A stretch of 64,000 bases of DNA from Torpedo marmorata (Eukaryota). The notes beneath the pieces were generated by a model. It made no database searches. It was not told the origin of the DNA and was given only the letters and a program-made list of their open reading frames with translations. A program made the translations under genes and the position numbers. The DNA lies in NCBI GenBank assembly GCA_977017645.1, contig OZ360249.1:37138001-37202000 (forward strand), read 5' to 3'. Shown here one piece after another: positions 24,853 through 37,819 of this stretch (positions within the stretch are counted from its first letter, which is position 1; the number at the start of each line of letters is the position of its first letter).

Positions 24853-27157
24853 AGAATAGAGACATTCCTGATAACACTGTCTACTTTGTCAGCCCTGCTA
24901 GCTTGTAATAATATATGACATGACTGTGGTTTTACCGGAAAAACAAAACTAATAAATAAAATATGTGCAGCATTGATTAATTATTTCTGTCCATAGTGTC
25001 TGCTGAATAGTAATGCAGATCAGATTCTGAACAGATAAACTCCACAAATTTTAAAATTGATTTTAACTGAGTATGCTTTTAATGCAAGAAATAATTGGAC
25101 TAAGATGGCTGCATTGCCTTTTGAAATCTTTGTCATACTAGCATTTGTAAGTCCTTCATATTGGCAGAGATCATTTAAATAAAAACACTGCTTTGTAATT
25201 CTGCATGAAGGACTCAAATACAGAGACTATAAGTTTGCACCTCAGTTCTGTCCAAATCTAGTAACTGCCAGCCTCATTTACAGCAAGTCCTTTGTCAGTC
25301 TCTCACCAGGCTGGTGGTTGGAGCAACAAAGGTGGTCAGGAAAAGATGGAGCAACCATTCAAACAGATGGTTGAAGGGAAGTGTAGTGCTGGAACAAAAT
25401 ACCACAAAGGGTTAAGAATGCCAACATATTCATCACACTGAGCAGTTGGTTGTGCCATTGTACTCAACGCTCTAGTTCCTGAGAGCGCGGCGGGCTGTAC
25501 GGCGCTAAGCCAAACTAATTTGCAATGGTTCTGGAGGTTGTTTGAGATATGGAAGAACTGTGATTACATCTCACCGAGAGATATCCAAAAACAATTCTCG
25601 TCTGATTAATTCACTCTTTTAAAGAGGGAACCATTGGCAATATGTTCCCACAAACAGTCGGTGAGACAACAGCAAAGATTTTCTGCTTTGGGTCAAGACG
25701 CAGTGGAAAGCTATCACCCGCTCTCTCCAAATCTTCTGCCAGAAATCAACGGAACCAAATTAAACCCACGGAATCTTTTCCCTGAGGGGACAAGCGGGGC
25801 CTTAATTTGTCATCACATCTGAAGGGTGCCTCCACAAAGTACAGGGTAAACTTTCTGTGTTTTCCAATAGAAGAATGGCCATGAAGAAAGTCAAAACAAG
25901 TTCAGAAGATCAGAATCAGAATTTATTGTCATGAACAAGTCATGAAATTCGGTGTTCGGATTATGAAGGTAATGCTAGCAATTTGCAATGCAAATGATTT
26001 ACATGCATGGCCTTGCAAGTTCCAACCATCATCAAATGATACATTCATAGAAAATTCCACAACACAGGAAGATATTCAGTCCATCATGACCATGCTAACC
26101 AGCCTCATATCACCTTTCTGCAGGAGTACCCACAATGCTCCAATACATGGATCTTCAAGTACACATCCATGTATTTTTTTTAATGTGATGTGTATCTCTT
26201 TTTTACCATCCTTCTGTGCAAAGGGGTCTACATATCTTTCATCTTCAGGGTCAAAATATATTCCTCCTCTCCCCTTTAATCTATCTACAGAGCACTTTAC
26301 ATTGATACCCCTTTTGTTGACCCCTTTGTAAATAAAAATAGGTCCTTCCTGCTTACTCTGTGGTCCCTCAATCAAGATTACCCTCAGCCTCCTCTGTTCC
26401 TAACAAAGCAACCCTGGTTTATGCACTTTTTACTCGTTGCCAGGATTTTCCAGTCCCACCAACATCTTCATTAATCTCCTCTCCAGCACAGTCCATTTTT
26501 TCCTCCAAAAAACCGAGCAGAACCATAAGGCTTACATTGTGGTCTAACTGGCATGATGCAGGGACTCTCCCGGTTACAGAAGATCTGGCTTACGAAAATT
26601 GAACTTTGCGCAAATTCTCCCATAAAATTTTGAGGCATTTTTTAAAACAGAAAAGTTAGTTATTGGCATCTTTTGTTGTTATAGAATATTGGTGGCAGCT
26701 AGTTAATTTAAAAGACAACCAGTCTTCAAAAATAATCTGTTTACAGGAAACCTCCCCACAGTAATCGAACAGACACCATTGTCTTAAAGAACACGGCAGC
26801 TGCCAGCTCACAGCAGGAAGCCACTTAATAGATTTTCTTTGTAAATTGACAAAGCAATCATTGCTAGTGACACTTGCAAAGTACTTTGTCGAACAATATG
26901 ACATCTATGGATATTTTAAAGCCATCAAAACTTGCACCCTTGGATGTTGGACATTTTGATTCTGTGTCATTGTAACCACACCGGAAGACGATAAATAATT
27001 GTTCCCGTTAATAGACCCAGACTAAAATTGTTCCTTTTTGACATGGAAAAAAATTGGTTAACATTTCTCAGGAACAGAACCCCCACATAACCTGGGGACT
27101 ATACAGTTCAGTATCACCTGTTTTCTGTTCACCTTTTCAAACAACTTATCAGTCTTC

Positions 27158-27811
27158 AAAGTTCAGATTTATTGTCAGAGTACATACTTTACATCACATA
27201 CAACCCTGAGATTCTTTTTCCCGTGGGCCAGGCAGAATTTCTACTAATCAGTAGTGCAAGCTGTACTCAAGAAAAAGATAAATATACAAAAGAGAGAAAT
27301 GTAAACAAAGAAAGAAATGTAAATAAACTATACAAATATAGAAAAAATATTCAGTAATAAATAATGTGCAAAGTAAGAGACTCTAAATGAGTCTGATTGA
27401 GTCGGTTGCTTATGATTCTGATGGCAGAGGGATATTAACTGCTCCTAAACCTGGTGGCACAAGTCCTGTAGCACCTATAACTTTTTCCTGATGGCAGCAG
27501 CAAGAACAGAGCGTGTGCTGGGTGGTGTGGATCCTTGACGATTGCTGCTGCTCTCTGACGGCAGCGTTCTTTGTAGATGTTCTCGATAGTGGGGAGGGTT
27601 TTGCCTGTAATGTCCTGGGCTGAATCCACTACCTTTTGGAGGGCTTTACGCTCAGAGATATTGCTGTTCCCATACCAAACCATGATGCAGCCGGTCACAC
27701 ACTTTCCACCACACATCGGTGGAAATGTTCCAGGGTTTCTGGTGTCATACCAAACCTCCGCAAACTCCCGAGGAAGTAGAGGCACTGACGTGCTTTCTTC
27801 ACGATGCCATT
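27158..27811 (-). mobile_element. Rex1/Babar 3' fragment (second subfamily)
   Basis: ERKALQKVVDSAQDITGKTLPTIENIY..KDPHHPAH; 3' UTR shared with the 36400-36690, 37140, 58320, 60250 and 62455 copies. Confidence 0.9.
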
Positions 27812-27884
27812 AGAGATAGTGAGTCCATAGAGGGGAAAGGTTATTATGTTTTGCTATGTTCTGAGCTACCAGTGGAAACAACTT

Positions 27885-28309
27885 TGCTGTCTATATCTTA
27901 TCTATCCCTTTCATAATTTTATGTTTCCACAAGATCCCCTCTCGTTCTTCTGAATTCCAGAAAGTACAGTCCCAGATGACTCAATCTCTCCTTAGAGGCT
28001 AACCACTTCATCTCTGGAATCAACCTAGTGTCCCTCCTTTACACTACCACCAAAACAAATATATCCTTTCTCAAGTAAGGAGACCAGAAGTGCATACAGT
28101 ACTCCAGTTGCAGCCTCACTAGTACCTTGTACAGTTGCAGCAGAACCTCCCTGGTTTTAAATTCAATCTCTCCAGCAATGGCCAACATTCCATTTGCCTT
28201 ACTTGTTGCACCTGCAAACTATCATTTTGAAATTCATGCACACGCACTCCCAAATCCCTTTGCACAACAGCATGCTGCAACCTTGCACCATTTAAATAAT
28301 AATTTACTC
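27885..28309 (-). mobile_element. CR1 fragment (resumes at 30386-30460 after the hAT insertion)
   Basis: YYLNGARLQHAVVQRDLGVRVHE. Confidence 0.8.
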
Positions 28310-28534
28310 CAGCCATTCTCAATGGGGGTGGCACACAGCCCGTGCTGGGGGTCAGAGCACATTTAAGGGGGCAATGGACTGAAATCCTTAATAAGGGCAC
28401 CCCCAAGATATATCGGGGGGGGCATGTAAACTGAACAGATTAAACATTTTTTGGGGCAGCAAAGGAATTTGCTGCTAAGCTTTGCTGTATAGTTGACAAG
28501 CAACACGAGGTTTTTTTCAAGGTTGGAGGCATTT

Positions 28535-28857
28535 AGAGTAAAAACACAGAGCAAATGCTAGAGGAGCTCAGCCGGTCTCGCAGCATCCCTTTTCCAGTTC
28601 TCCTCCCTCCCTTCCCCCTCTTTTCACCTAGCTATCCCTCCTCCCTTTGATCAATGCTGTCCCCTCCCTCCCTTCTCCACCTATCACCTCCTGCCTTTGC
28701 GATCCCCCTCCCCCCTTACTCTTTTGTTCTGACGCCTGCCAACATTTTTCCATACCTTGATGAAGGGCTCAAGCCCGAAACGTCGGTTATGTATTTTTAC
28801 ATTTGCTATATAAAGGACACTGCTTGACCTGCTGAGTTTCTCCAGCTTTGTGCTTTT
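28535..28857 (+). mobile_element. Penelope-like terminal repeat with intact hammerhead motif, preceded by an inverted tail fragment
   Basis: cataccttgatgaagggctcaagcccgaaacgtcggttatg at 28751-28791; 28535-28589 is a reverse-oriented tail. Confidence 0.85.
28751..28791 (+). ncRNA. Minimal type I hammerhead ribozyme motif (best-formed copy)
   Basis: Stem I CAUACC/GGU(U)AUG, core UUGAUGA(A), stem II GGGCU-CA-AGCCC, GAAA, vestigial stem III, GUC triplet (predicted cut after 28784). Confidence 0.75.
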
Positions 28858-30593
28858 GCTGACAAAAGAGATGTTGTTTTCCAGAAGGATTAAAATAGAT
28901 ACTAAGGAACTAACTATTTTCGAAGAAGTTAACAGTATTCCATTCAAGAACATAGTTGCCTGTGCAACTGATGGTGCCGCTTCAATGGTTGAACGATACA
29001 GAGGGTTCATCACACGCCTGAAAATTTTTATACCTTCAGACTTTATTGTTCATTGCATCTTAGTGGCTAAAAACTTAGGAGGATGTTTAAATGCTTTGCT
29101 CTTAATTACCATAAAGACTGTAAACTTTATAAAATCACATCCCTTTCAAGACCGTCTATTCCGGCAACTGTGTGAAGAAAATTACAAACATTCTGGACAC
29201 TGCTGCTGCACACCAAAGTGAGGTGGCTATCCAAAGGAAATTGTCTTTGTCATTTTGCTGCACTCTGGGACACAATTGTTTCCTTTTTTTTCTCATAAAG
29301 AGCATGAAGGAAAACTCATTGATGCAAAGGTGGACATATTTTGTCTGGTCGATATCTTTGACAAACTCAATTTGAACAAGACCTTGCAGGGTAAACACAA
29401 TGACCTCATTGATAGTTGGGAAGTCATTGTTTCTTTCCTTAAAAAAACTCGGTCTGTTGTATCAGACATTGGGAATTTTTACAATATCCATATCTGAACA
29501 CGAACGTAGAGGCACTGAAGGACAATGACAATACTGTTTATGTGAAACACCTAAAGCAAATACACGCAGATCTGCAGGAAACATTTAATGACCTGTTAAA
29601 CCTCAATATCTCATTAGATCCATTTGAGAACAACCACCGATGTTGATGCAGAAATTCAAGAGAGGTTGATTGATTGTCAGAGTGATATAATTGCAAGTCG
29701 TAAGTTCAATCAATTTAAAAAAAATTCTTGGGTTAAGAGTGATCTGCCGAATAGATTTCTAAAACTATGGGAAAAGGCTGAAATATTTGTCATTGCCTTT
29801 CACTCAACGTACTTAGTTGAACGTGGATTCAGCAAGGTAGTTTCCTTGACAAAATCCAGGAACAGACTTGATATCAGAAAAAGAAGTGACCTTCGTCTAT
29901 CACTATCCAATTTGGAGCCGGACATAAACATAAACATCAAGCTCAAGGATCTCACTAAAATTTTCATTTTATAAATATTATTTTTTAAAGTTATTTTTAT
30001 TCAGTTTTCACATCCTCAAATTTATGCTTGAGGTTCCCTAATGACTCATTGTGTGTAAACTATTGCACTCTAAGAATCCTTTTTTTAATTGTTTGTAATA
30101 TGTACAGGTATGCTCATCTTTTCTTCTTTCCTACATGCTCAATAAGAATGATTTCCTATTTGTCTGTTTGCTCTGGAACCACAAACCACAGTTGTCACGC
30201 TCAGAGTAAGTGCATTTTTTTCTTTTTATCTCATGTAACATAAATATTTTTAATGTTTTTTATGTAGTCGGTAGGAGAGAAGTACGGAAGAAACCAACTA
30301 AACTTGACTGCTTCACAGGGAAGGGGGCCCATAAACTTTGAGCAGAGTTCTAAGGGGGCCATTGGTCATAGGTTGAGAATGACTAATCTAGTTAACTGTT
30401 TTTCCTTCCAAAGTAGATGACCTCGCATTTACCCACATTGTAATCCATCACTGACATTCTCATGCCTGGACAAGTTCCTGGAGTGGTTCAATGCAAACTA
30501 GAAATACTCACTAGTCCAGCAGGCTCAAGGTTAAAACCACTTCCTGTTGCCTACTGTGATAAAACACAGCATCATGATATCTTGTGTCTAACC

Positions 30594-30762
30594 CAGGGGT
30601 GGCCAACCTTTTAATTTTTAATTTAGACATAACAGGCCATTTCGGCCCACAAGTCTATGCCACCCAATTAATCTACACCCCCAGTACGGACTCGTGGGCC
30701 GAAATGGCCTGTTACTGTGCTGTATGTCTAAAAATTAAAAATTAAAAGGTTGGCCACCTCTG
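30594..30762. mobile_element. hAT-type MITE whose interior is two inverted SINE tails
   Basis: TIR caggggtggccaacctttt / aaaaggttggccacctctg; the interior matches the V-SINE 3' tail in both orientations. Confidence 0.75.
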
Positions 30763-30837
30763 GGACTCTAACCAATAAGCTTTAACCTGCAGGAATAGTT
30801 TGATAGCTGTGTATAAAATGTGTCATTCACATTTGAA

Positions 30838-31095
30838 TGGGCGGCAGGGTTCGCGCAACGCTATTACAGCGCCAGCAACCCTGGTTCGACTCTGGCGCTG
30901 CCTGTAAGGAATTTGCATGCTCTCCCCGTGTCTGCGTGTGTTTCCTCCAGGTGCTCCGGTTTCCTCCCACCCTTCAAAAACATACGGGGGTTGTAGGTTG
31001 TTTGGGATATTTGGGCGGCACGGGCTTGTGGGCCGGAAGGGCCTGTTCCCATGCTGCATGTCTAAATTTTAAAAATTAAATTAAAAAATTAAATT
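30838..31095 (+). mobile_element. V-SINE (HE1-like)
   Basis: tRNA-like head with B box ggttcgactc, V domain, CR1-like tail gggccggaagggcctgtt, and (aaatt)n. Confidence 0.9.
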
Positions 31096-32769
31096 TTCAC
31101 AGAAATTCACAGAGATACAGCACAGAAACAGACCCTCCAGCCACATTTTGTCAGATGAAGAGAAGATGCAAATCTCTTTTGCAGAAACTCACCTTGGGAC
31201 AGCAGTGATAAAATGTTTTGCTCACACTGACCACCTTTAATGAGCAACATCCAATTTCAATTCTATTGCCTGCAGTACAATTGAATATTGGGTCTCAAGT
31301 GCTGTTGGCGAAGTCAAATTTCTATCCCTGCACCTCTCTGCCAGACTGGTTTCAATTTCCCAGCAGTTCTTCCAGTCTTCCATGAACTTGGGGCAGGAAA
31401 GCATCAGAAGCTGTCTTCACAACAGGGTCAGTGATCCTTTAGAGCCTTTGGGCAGAGTTTTCACCTGTCTTCACAAAGGTTACAGGAGAGGGTGACCATA
31501 GCATTTCCAGGACAAACAAATGATAACAAATGCTCCCCCCCCCCCCACCCCCACTTGCTGTTTAGAAACTTTGCCATGTTCTGAGTTTTCCAGTTTAACT
31601 CTTGGAAATTTACAAAGATTCTCGGCGTCACTTTAAATTAAAGTATGCATGTGCAGAAAACCGAAGATATTCTTGAAGGGTTGGGTAACACAAGAGCTTG
31701 TAGCCTTACTATCTCCGGTCACTGTTAATCCTCTCCATCCATTAATACATAGTAATTTCTTTGACACACTGTGGCAAGACTTAAATACTGCTGTCAGAAG
31801 GTATTTTCCATTTGAATATGAGCTGTCACAATGTTACATCAGGACACAGTTTACAAGACAGGTAAAGGTAAGATAAACAAGCTGTCAGAATTGTCACCTA
31901 CGGTATGACTCATGCTTTAGAATATTATCAGGAGACTGGGATTTCCTAATCTTCATGTTTATAAAGAATGGCATCCACTCTCACCCTTTCTAAAGGCTGT
32001 TTGACATAAACCATCACCTCTGGTGTCCATTTAAATACTTCACAAAGTGTGCCTTGCATTAACAACATCTAAAGGGGGTCTGTAATCTGCGTCGGGTGCA
32101 TTAACACCATTCGACCTCCCTGATGATAGATCAGATGGCTGGGCATGTAATGCTCCCTCCAGGCTTTTAGGCAAGAGTGTTAGCTGAACCAGGCTGTCAC
32201 TCTGTTCACATGCAGTGACTTCACAGAGTAGAGAGGCAATAGTGGACTTGCTCAGAAAAAATTAACATCTTCTTACATAACAAGGCTGAGAGAAGGCAAT
32301 ATTTATTATTATGGTGCATTAGGAATGGAATAGTAATTGTGTTTTATCTGGTCTGATATTAGCAGCAGCTCAGTGGTCCATTTTCTGCGCACTTGTGGGA
32401 TTCAGAAGGAGCTATAATTCTAATTTTTTTGCACAGATCAGTGAACGAAAGGAAAAAATTATTTTCTTCATTGAAAAACTGGAGTGTGTGCTAAGCAGAA
32501 AAGGCATAGTGAAGACTAACCCATTGTGCAAGAAGATGGAATTCACAAAGTTAGCAGAGGGAAAGAATATTCCAAAGGCTTTAAAATATATCAACTGTAT
32601 AGATTTTTTTTAAAAATTGGAATTGAAAAAAATATTCACACTTAATTTTGACAAAGCAATTCTCAACATGGTTTGGACTAAAAAGCTGGTGATATTGTAC
32701 AATAATTTTGGTAGCCACCATGCAGCAGAATAAATGCTTGGAGCAATAAGGTCATCTAATTGGCATCTA

Positions 32770-33997
32770 AACGGCAATGAAGAAGCATACAGGAGGGAGA
32801 TAGATAAGCTAGTTGAGTGGTGTCACAACAACAACCTTGCACTCAATGTTAGCAAAACCAAGGAGATGATTGTGGACTTCAGGAGGAAGTCAGGAGAACA
32901 CAACCCAGTCCTCATCGAGGGCTCAGTAGTGGAGAGGGTCAAGAACATCAAATTTCTTAGATAAAGTATTTAAGATTACATTTCCAATGGATCCTATGAT
33001 ATTTTTGTTTGGAGATATTAGAAAATTTCGTATTAAGATGAAATTAAATATGTATCAAATAGAATTTTTGCGAATTGCTTTAGCTGTTTCAAAGAAATGC
33101 ATTGCTATTACTTGGAAATCTGATTTAGATTTAGGATTAGAAAGATGGCATGCAGAACTTCGTTCGTGTATACCACTTGAAAAAATTACTTATAATTTAC
33201 GTAATAAATATCATTTCTTCTTAAAAATTTGGAGCCCATATATGAAAGCTGTTGGTTTAAGGATTTGAAGATCTCTGGATATCGGATCTACTGGCATACT
33301 TGACCTCCATAATAGAATTAGTTTATAGATTGGCATTCTCCTTACTCTATCTTTTTCTTTCTTTTTCTTCTTCTTTTTCTATTTTTATTTTTATTTTTTA
33401 TTAGATTAGTGGGGTTGGGATGGTTGGGGAGGGGAGGGAGGGAGGGGGGGTGAAAATGTATCACAAATAATTTGATAATTTTATATTTTATTTTATGTAT
33501 TTTGTGATTTAAAAATTTTAAATAAAATATTTTTTAAAAAAGAACATCAAATTCCTGGAGAGCATTCTGGCTGGTTGCATCACTGCCTGGTATGGAGGCG
33601 CCAATGCTCAGGACAAGAAAAAACTCCAGAGGGTTGTTAACTCAGCCTGCGACATCACAGGCACCAAACTTCACTCCATCAAGGACATCTACAAGAGGCG
33701 GTGTCTTAAGAAAGCAGCCTCTATCCTCAAGGACCCCCACCACCCAGGCCATGCCCTCTTCACTCTGCTACCATTGGGATAAAGGTACAGGAGCCTGAAG
33801 ACGAGCACTCAACGGCACAAGGACAGCTCCTTCCCCTCTGTCATCAGATTCTGAATGAACAATGAACCACAGACACTGCCTTACTTTGACTTTACCTTGC
33901 ACTATTTTTATTTATTTTGGAAGGTGGTTGATATAAATGTTTGCACTGTGATGCTACGCAAAACAACGAATTTCGTGGCATGTTCATGACAATAAAT
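32770..33997 (+). mobile_element. Rex1/Babar fragment interrupted by L1
   Basis: [29 protein letters not shown], continuing after 33554; same subfamily as 23573-24852. Confidence 0.9.
32955..33539 (+). mobile_element. 5'-truncated L1 3' end
   Basis: TSD aagaacatcaaatt (32941-32954, 33540-33553); ORF2 end plus 3' UTR and AATAAA; same family as the 5156 and 7824 copies. Confidence 0.92.
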
Positions 33998-34191
33998 TTT
34001 TTAATTTAGACATACAGCACGGTAACAGGCCATTTCGGCCCACGAGCCCGTGCCGCCCAATTACACCCGATTGACCTACACCCCGGTGCGTTTTTGAACG
34101 GTGTTTACAGACAGTGCGGGATTCAAACCCCGGTCCCGATCGCTGGCGCTGTAAAGGCATTGCGCTAACCGCTACGCCAACCGTGCCGCCC
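33998..34191 (-). mobile_element. V-SINE with internal deletion, inserted in the Rex1 tail
   Basis: Head and tail present, V domain missing; flanked by ataaatt / ataaattctgatt. Confidence 0.85.
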
Positions 34192-34665
34192 GTAAATATA
34201 AATTCTGATTCCAATTATAGATATCTCATGGTAGGAGCATCAGGAACAAGAAGGCACAGTTTCAGGATAAGAAGTGGAGATTTAAAGGGAATAGCAGTGG
34301 GCAGAATTTTTTTTCTCCCCACATTGAGCAGTTGCTATCCGGAACATACTGCCAAAGGAGGTTTTGGAATCAGACACGATTACTATGTTGAATAGACATT
34401 TGGACAGATACTTAAAGAGACAAAACAGAAGGATACAGTCCCAATCTGGGCAAATTGGATGAGTGAAGACAGGCAAAAAGTTCAGAATGGATGATGTGGG
34501 CCAGAGGACCATTTCTGTGCAGTACAACTCTGATTCTGTGACTCAAGGCCTTGAACTAAAGAAAGGCTGATTTCAATAGCGTGGAAAAGACACGTCAAAA
34601 GTAGTTTGGGAACAGATGCTTGCGGGTTAAATAATAAATGGAAGACTTTTAAAAGACAGTTAGTT

Positions 34666-34955
34666 CAGTGGCGTATCTACGCAAAATAGCGCCTATGGCA
34701 GGGGTGGCCAATGCGTCAAAATAAACGGCGACAAGGAGGTCTCGCGAGAACCGCCCTTGGTGGTCGCCATGTTATATTTGGCGTTGTATAATTGAGAGCG
34801 AACTCAAGGACAAGGAAGGAGACCGAGTGCAGAAGAAACAGGTGTGTGTTCCTTGTATGTCCGGGGTGGGGTGGGGGGGGCCTTCAAGTGGCGCCCCCCC
34901 TTCAGGTGGCGTCCCGGGCATGTGCCATGCCTGCCATACCCTAGATTCGCCCCTG
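34666..34955. mobile_element. DNA-transposon MITE (hAT-like) within a CR1 remnant
   Basis: Termini cagtggcgtatcta / tagattcgcccctg; no clean TSD. Confidence 0.65.
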
Positions 34956-35419
34956 AGAAAGATTCAGAACCAGCACGTTCCAGTAAGGGTGAAAGGCTTA
35001 CTGGAAATGAGGGAACGTTGTAAAACAAAGGATATTGAAGATTTCATCAAACAAAAAGAGGAAATATATGGCAGGTATGGGCGACTAGGATCAAGAGAGT
35101 GTGTGGGAGAGAATGTGAGAAAGGAATTAGGAGGGTAAAACAGTGTCATGACATATCCTTGGAAAGTAACATGAAGGAGAATTCAAAGAGATTCTATAGC
35201 TTATTCAAGAGCAAGATGGTATCAGAGAAACATACCAAAGGGATAATCTCTGGGTGGAGCCAGGCCATGTGTGGTGATAGTACATGCTAACTAGCAACCA
35301 CTCTATTTTTAAAAAATTATTCCCTCAAGATCATGAAGCAACAGTGCTGACAGAGAGAGAATGGTAAAGTGTGCATGGGGAAGATGAAAGTAGAAGCAAC
35401 AAACATATGACGAGAGAGA

Positions 35420-36712
35420 AGAGGGTGAGCAAATTTGTTCTTGGGAGTCACTATCTTGGAGGATCTTTCCTGGACCCAACACACTAATGGCATCGTGAAG
35501 AAAGCACGTCAGCGCCTCTACTTCCTCAGGAGTTTGAGAAGGTTTGGTACGACACCAGAATCCCTGGCAAATTTCTACAGAGGTGTGGTGGAAAGTGTGC
35601 TGACCGGCTGCATCATGGACTGGTATGGGGACACCAATACCCCTGAGTGTAAAGCCCTCCAAAAGGTAGTGGACACAGCCCAGGACATCACAGGCAAAAC
35701 CCTCCGCACCAAAAAGAACATCTACAGGGAATGCTGCTGTCGGAGAGCAGCAGCAATCATCAAGGATCCACACCACCCAGCACACGCTCTATTCTCGCTG
35801 CTGCCATCAGGAAAGAGGTATAGGTGCCACAAGACTCGCCCTACCAGATGTAAACACGAAAATATGTAGACACCGTAATAATGTAGTAAAAAACACAAAA
35901 GCTGGAGAACTCAGCAGGTCAAACAGTGTCTTTTATGTAGCAAAGGTAGAAATACATAACCGACGTTTCGGGCTTGAGCCCTTCATCAAAGTATGAGAAA
36001 ATGCCGGCAGGCGTCCGAACAAAGGAGTGAGGGGGGAAGGGAGGTGGCAAAGGCAGGAGATGATAGGAGGAGAAAGGAGGGAGGGGACAGCAGCAAAGAG
36101 GGGGAGGAGGGATGGCTGGGTGGGTGGAACCTGATTTTTTCCACCCACCCAGCCATCCCTCCTCTCCCTCTTTGCTGCTGTCCCCTCCCTCCTTTCTCCA
36201 CCTATCATCTCCTGCCTTTGCCACCTCCCTTCCCCCCTCACTCCTTTGTTCGGACGCCTGCCGGCATTTTCTCATACTTTGATGAAGGGCTCAAGCCCGA
36301 AACGTCGGTTATGTATTTCTACCTTTGCTACATAAAAGACACTGTTTGACCTGCTGAGTTCTCCAGCTTTTGTGTTTTCGCCCTACCAGATTCAGGAACA
36401 GCTGCTACCCCGCCACCATCAGACTCCTCAACAACAAACTCAATCAGGGACTCATTTAAGGACTTTTACTTGTGCGCTTTGTTGATTTTTTATTCTCTCT
36501 GTATTGCACAGTCAGTTTGTTTGCATTCGTTATCTGTTTGCAGTTCTTTATTTGGTGCATGTGTACGCTGTGTACAGTTATTTTTTGCACTACCAATAAG
36601 TGGTAATTCTGCCTCGCCCACAGAAAAAAGAATCTCAGGGTTGTATGTGATGTCATGTATGTACTCTGACAATAAATCTGAAATCTGAAATCCTGAAAGA
36701 TCTGAAATCTGA
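35420..36712 (+). mobile_element. Rex1/Babar 3' fragment interrupted by a Penelope fold-back
   Basis: [32 protein letters not shown]; (aaatctg)n tail. Confidence 0.92.
35850..36377 (-). mobile_element. Penelope-like insertion with inverted terminal-repeat duplication (240-bp arms, 9-nt spacer)
   Basis: TSD tcgccctaccagat (35836-35849, 36378-36391). Arms 35890-36129 and 36139-36378 show two mismatches by eye. Hammerhead motifs at 35962-35989 (-) and 36279-36306 (+). Confidence 0.92.
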
Positions 36713-37140
36713 ATACTGAATGTTGGAGATTTGAGTTAAAAGGCAGTGGTGATGGCTGATAAATTGAAATTATTAGATTCAATGCCTGGTTCATGTTACA
36801 TCCTTAAAATCAATTCCTTCCACCACCAGTGGACAACTGCAGTCTCTACCAGATACAAAATGCATTGAAGTTATTTGTCCAGGCTACCTGTCAAAGCCAC
36901 AACGCTTTCTACCAAGGAGGGCAAGGGCATCAGATGCATGGGTTCCTCTCCGAGTCCCAGGGAATTGTGAAAGTGGACCTGAGGTTGCTTGAAAACAAAC
37001 ACAAATACAGCTGCAAAAACAAATTTCTAATCACTTTGCAAAGCATGAGAACTCCATTACAGCAAGAAGTACTGCTGCAAGCAGCAAGTCTCACCCCAAG
37101 AGAGTCTGCCTCATGGCTTTCAAGTCGTATATTTATACAG

Positions 37141-37614
37141 ATTTCAGATTCAGATTTATTGTCAGACTACACCCATGACATCATATACAACCCTGAGATT
37201 CTTTTTTTCCTGCGGGCGAGGCAAAATTATCACTTATTTCCTAGTGCAAAAAACTGTACACAACGTACACATGTAAACAAATAAAGAAATGTAAACAATC
37301 TGACTGTGCAATACAGAGAGAAAAAAACAATAAAGTGCAAAAGTAAGAGTCCTTAAATTACTCTTACTGAATGAGTTCGTTGTTGAGGAGTCTGATGGTG
37401 GAGGGGTAGTAGCTGTTCATGAATCTGGTGATGTGACTCTTGTGGTACCTATACCTCTTTCCTGATGGTAGCAGTGAGAACAGAGTGTGTGCTGGGTGGT
37501 GTGGATCCTTGATTATTGCTGCTGCTCTCCGACAGCAGCATTTCCTGTAGATGTTCTCAATGGTGGGGAGGGTTTTGCCTGTGATGTCCTGGGCTGTGTC
37601 CACTACCTTATGCA
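37141..37614 (-). mobile_element. Rex1/Babar 3' end
   Basis: DTAQDITGKTLPTIENIY..YPSTIRLLN. Confidence 0.9.
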
Positions 37615-37819
37615 GTCTGAACCCTTAGGTTTCCAGAACATTCGAACAGACTGCTCCATATAAGTATATGTTTCTCCGAAGTCTCTTGGGATTCGTTAAC
37701 CAGGGTCGTGTCCCTTACACAATGGTTAGTAGTCTTTTACTGTCTTAGCCAAAATGGTGTTGTTCTTGTTCTTTAACCTTGCTGAATTATGAAAACATAC
37801 CGTGGTATGTTCTCTGCTA

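Larger units (their letters stand above)
28310..30385 (+). mobile_element. hAT (Charlie/Buster-type) transposon with decayed transposase
   Basis: TIR cagccattctcaa / ttgagaatgacta. Transposase motifs VACATDGAASMV, HTKVRWLSKG, LNKTLQG, STYLVERGFSKV, RNRLDI..DLRLSL. Flanks atttactc / atctagtt are a degenerate TSD. Confidence 0.88.

Noticed and set aside
27815-27870. Segment shared with 53170-53220 suggesting duplication
   Set aside because: Explained as a fragment of the same older Rex1 subfamily.
28850-29974. Domesticated ZBED/GTF2IRD2-like host gene
   Set aside because: Multiple frameshifts and stops, TIRs retained, and inserted within a CR1 fragment.
35919-36349. Two near-identical 118-aa ORFs on opposite strands
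   Set aside because: An artefact of the inverted repeat; low-complexity, non-coding.
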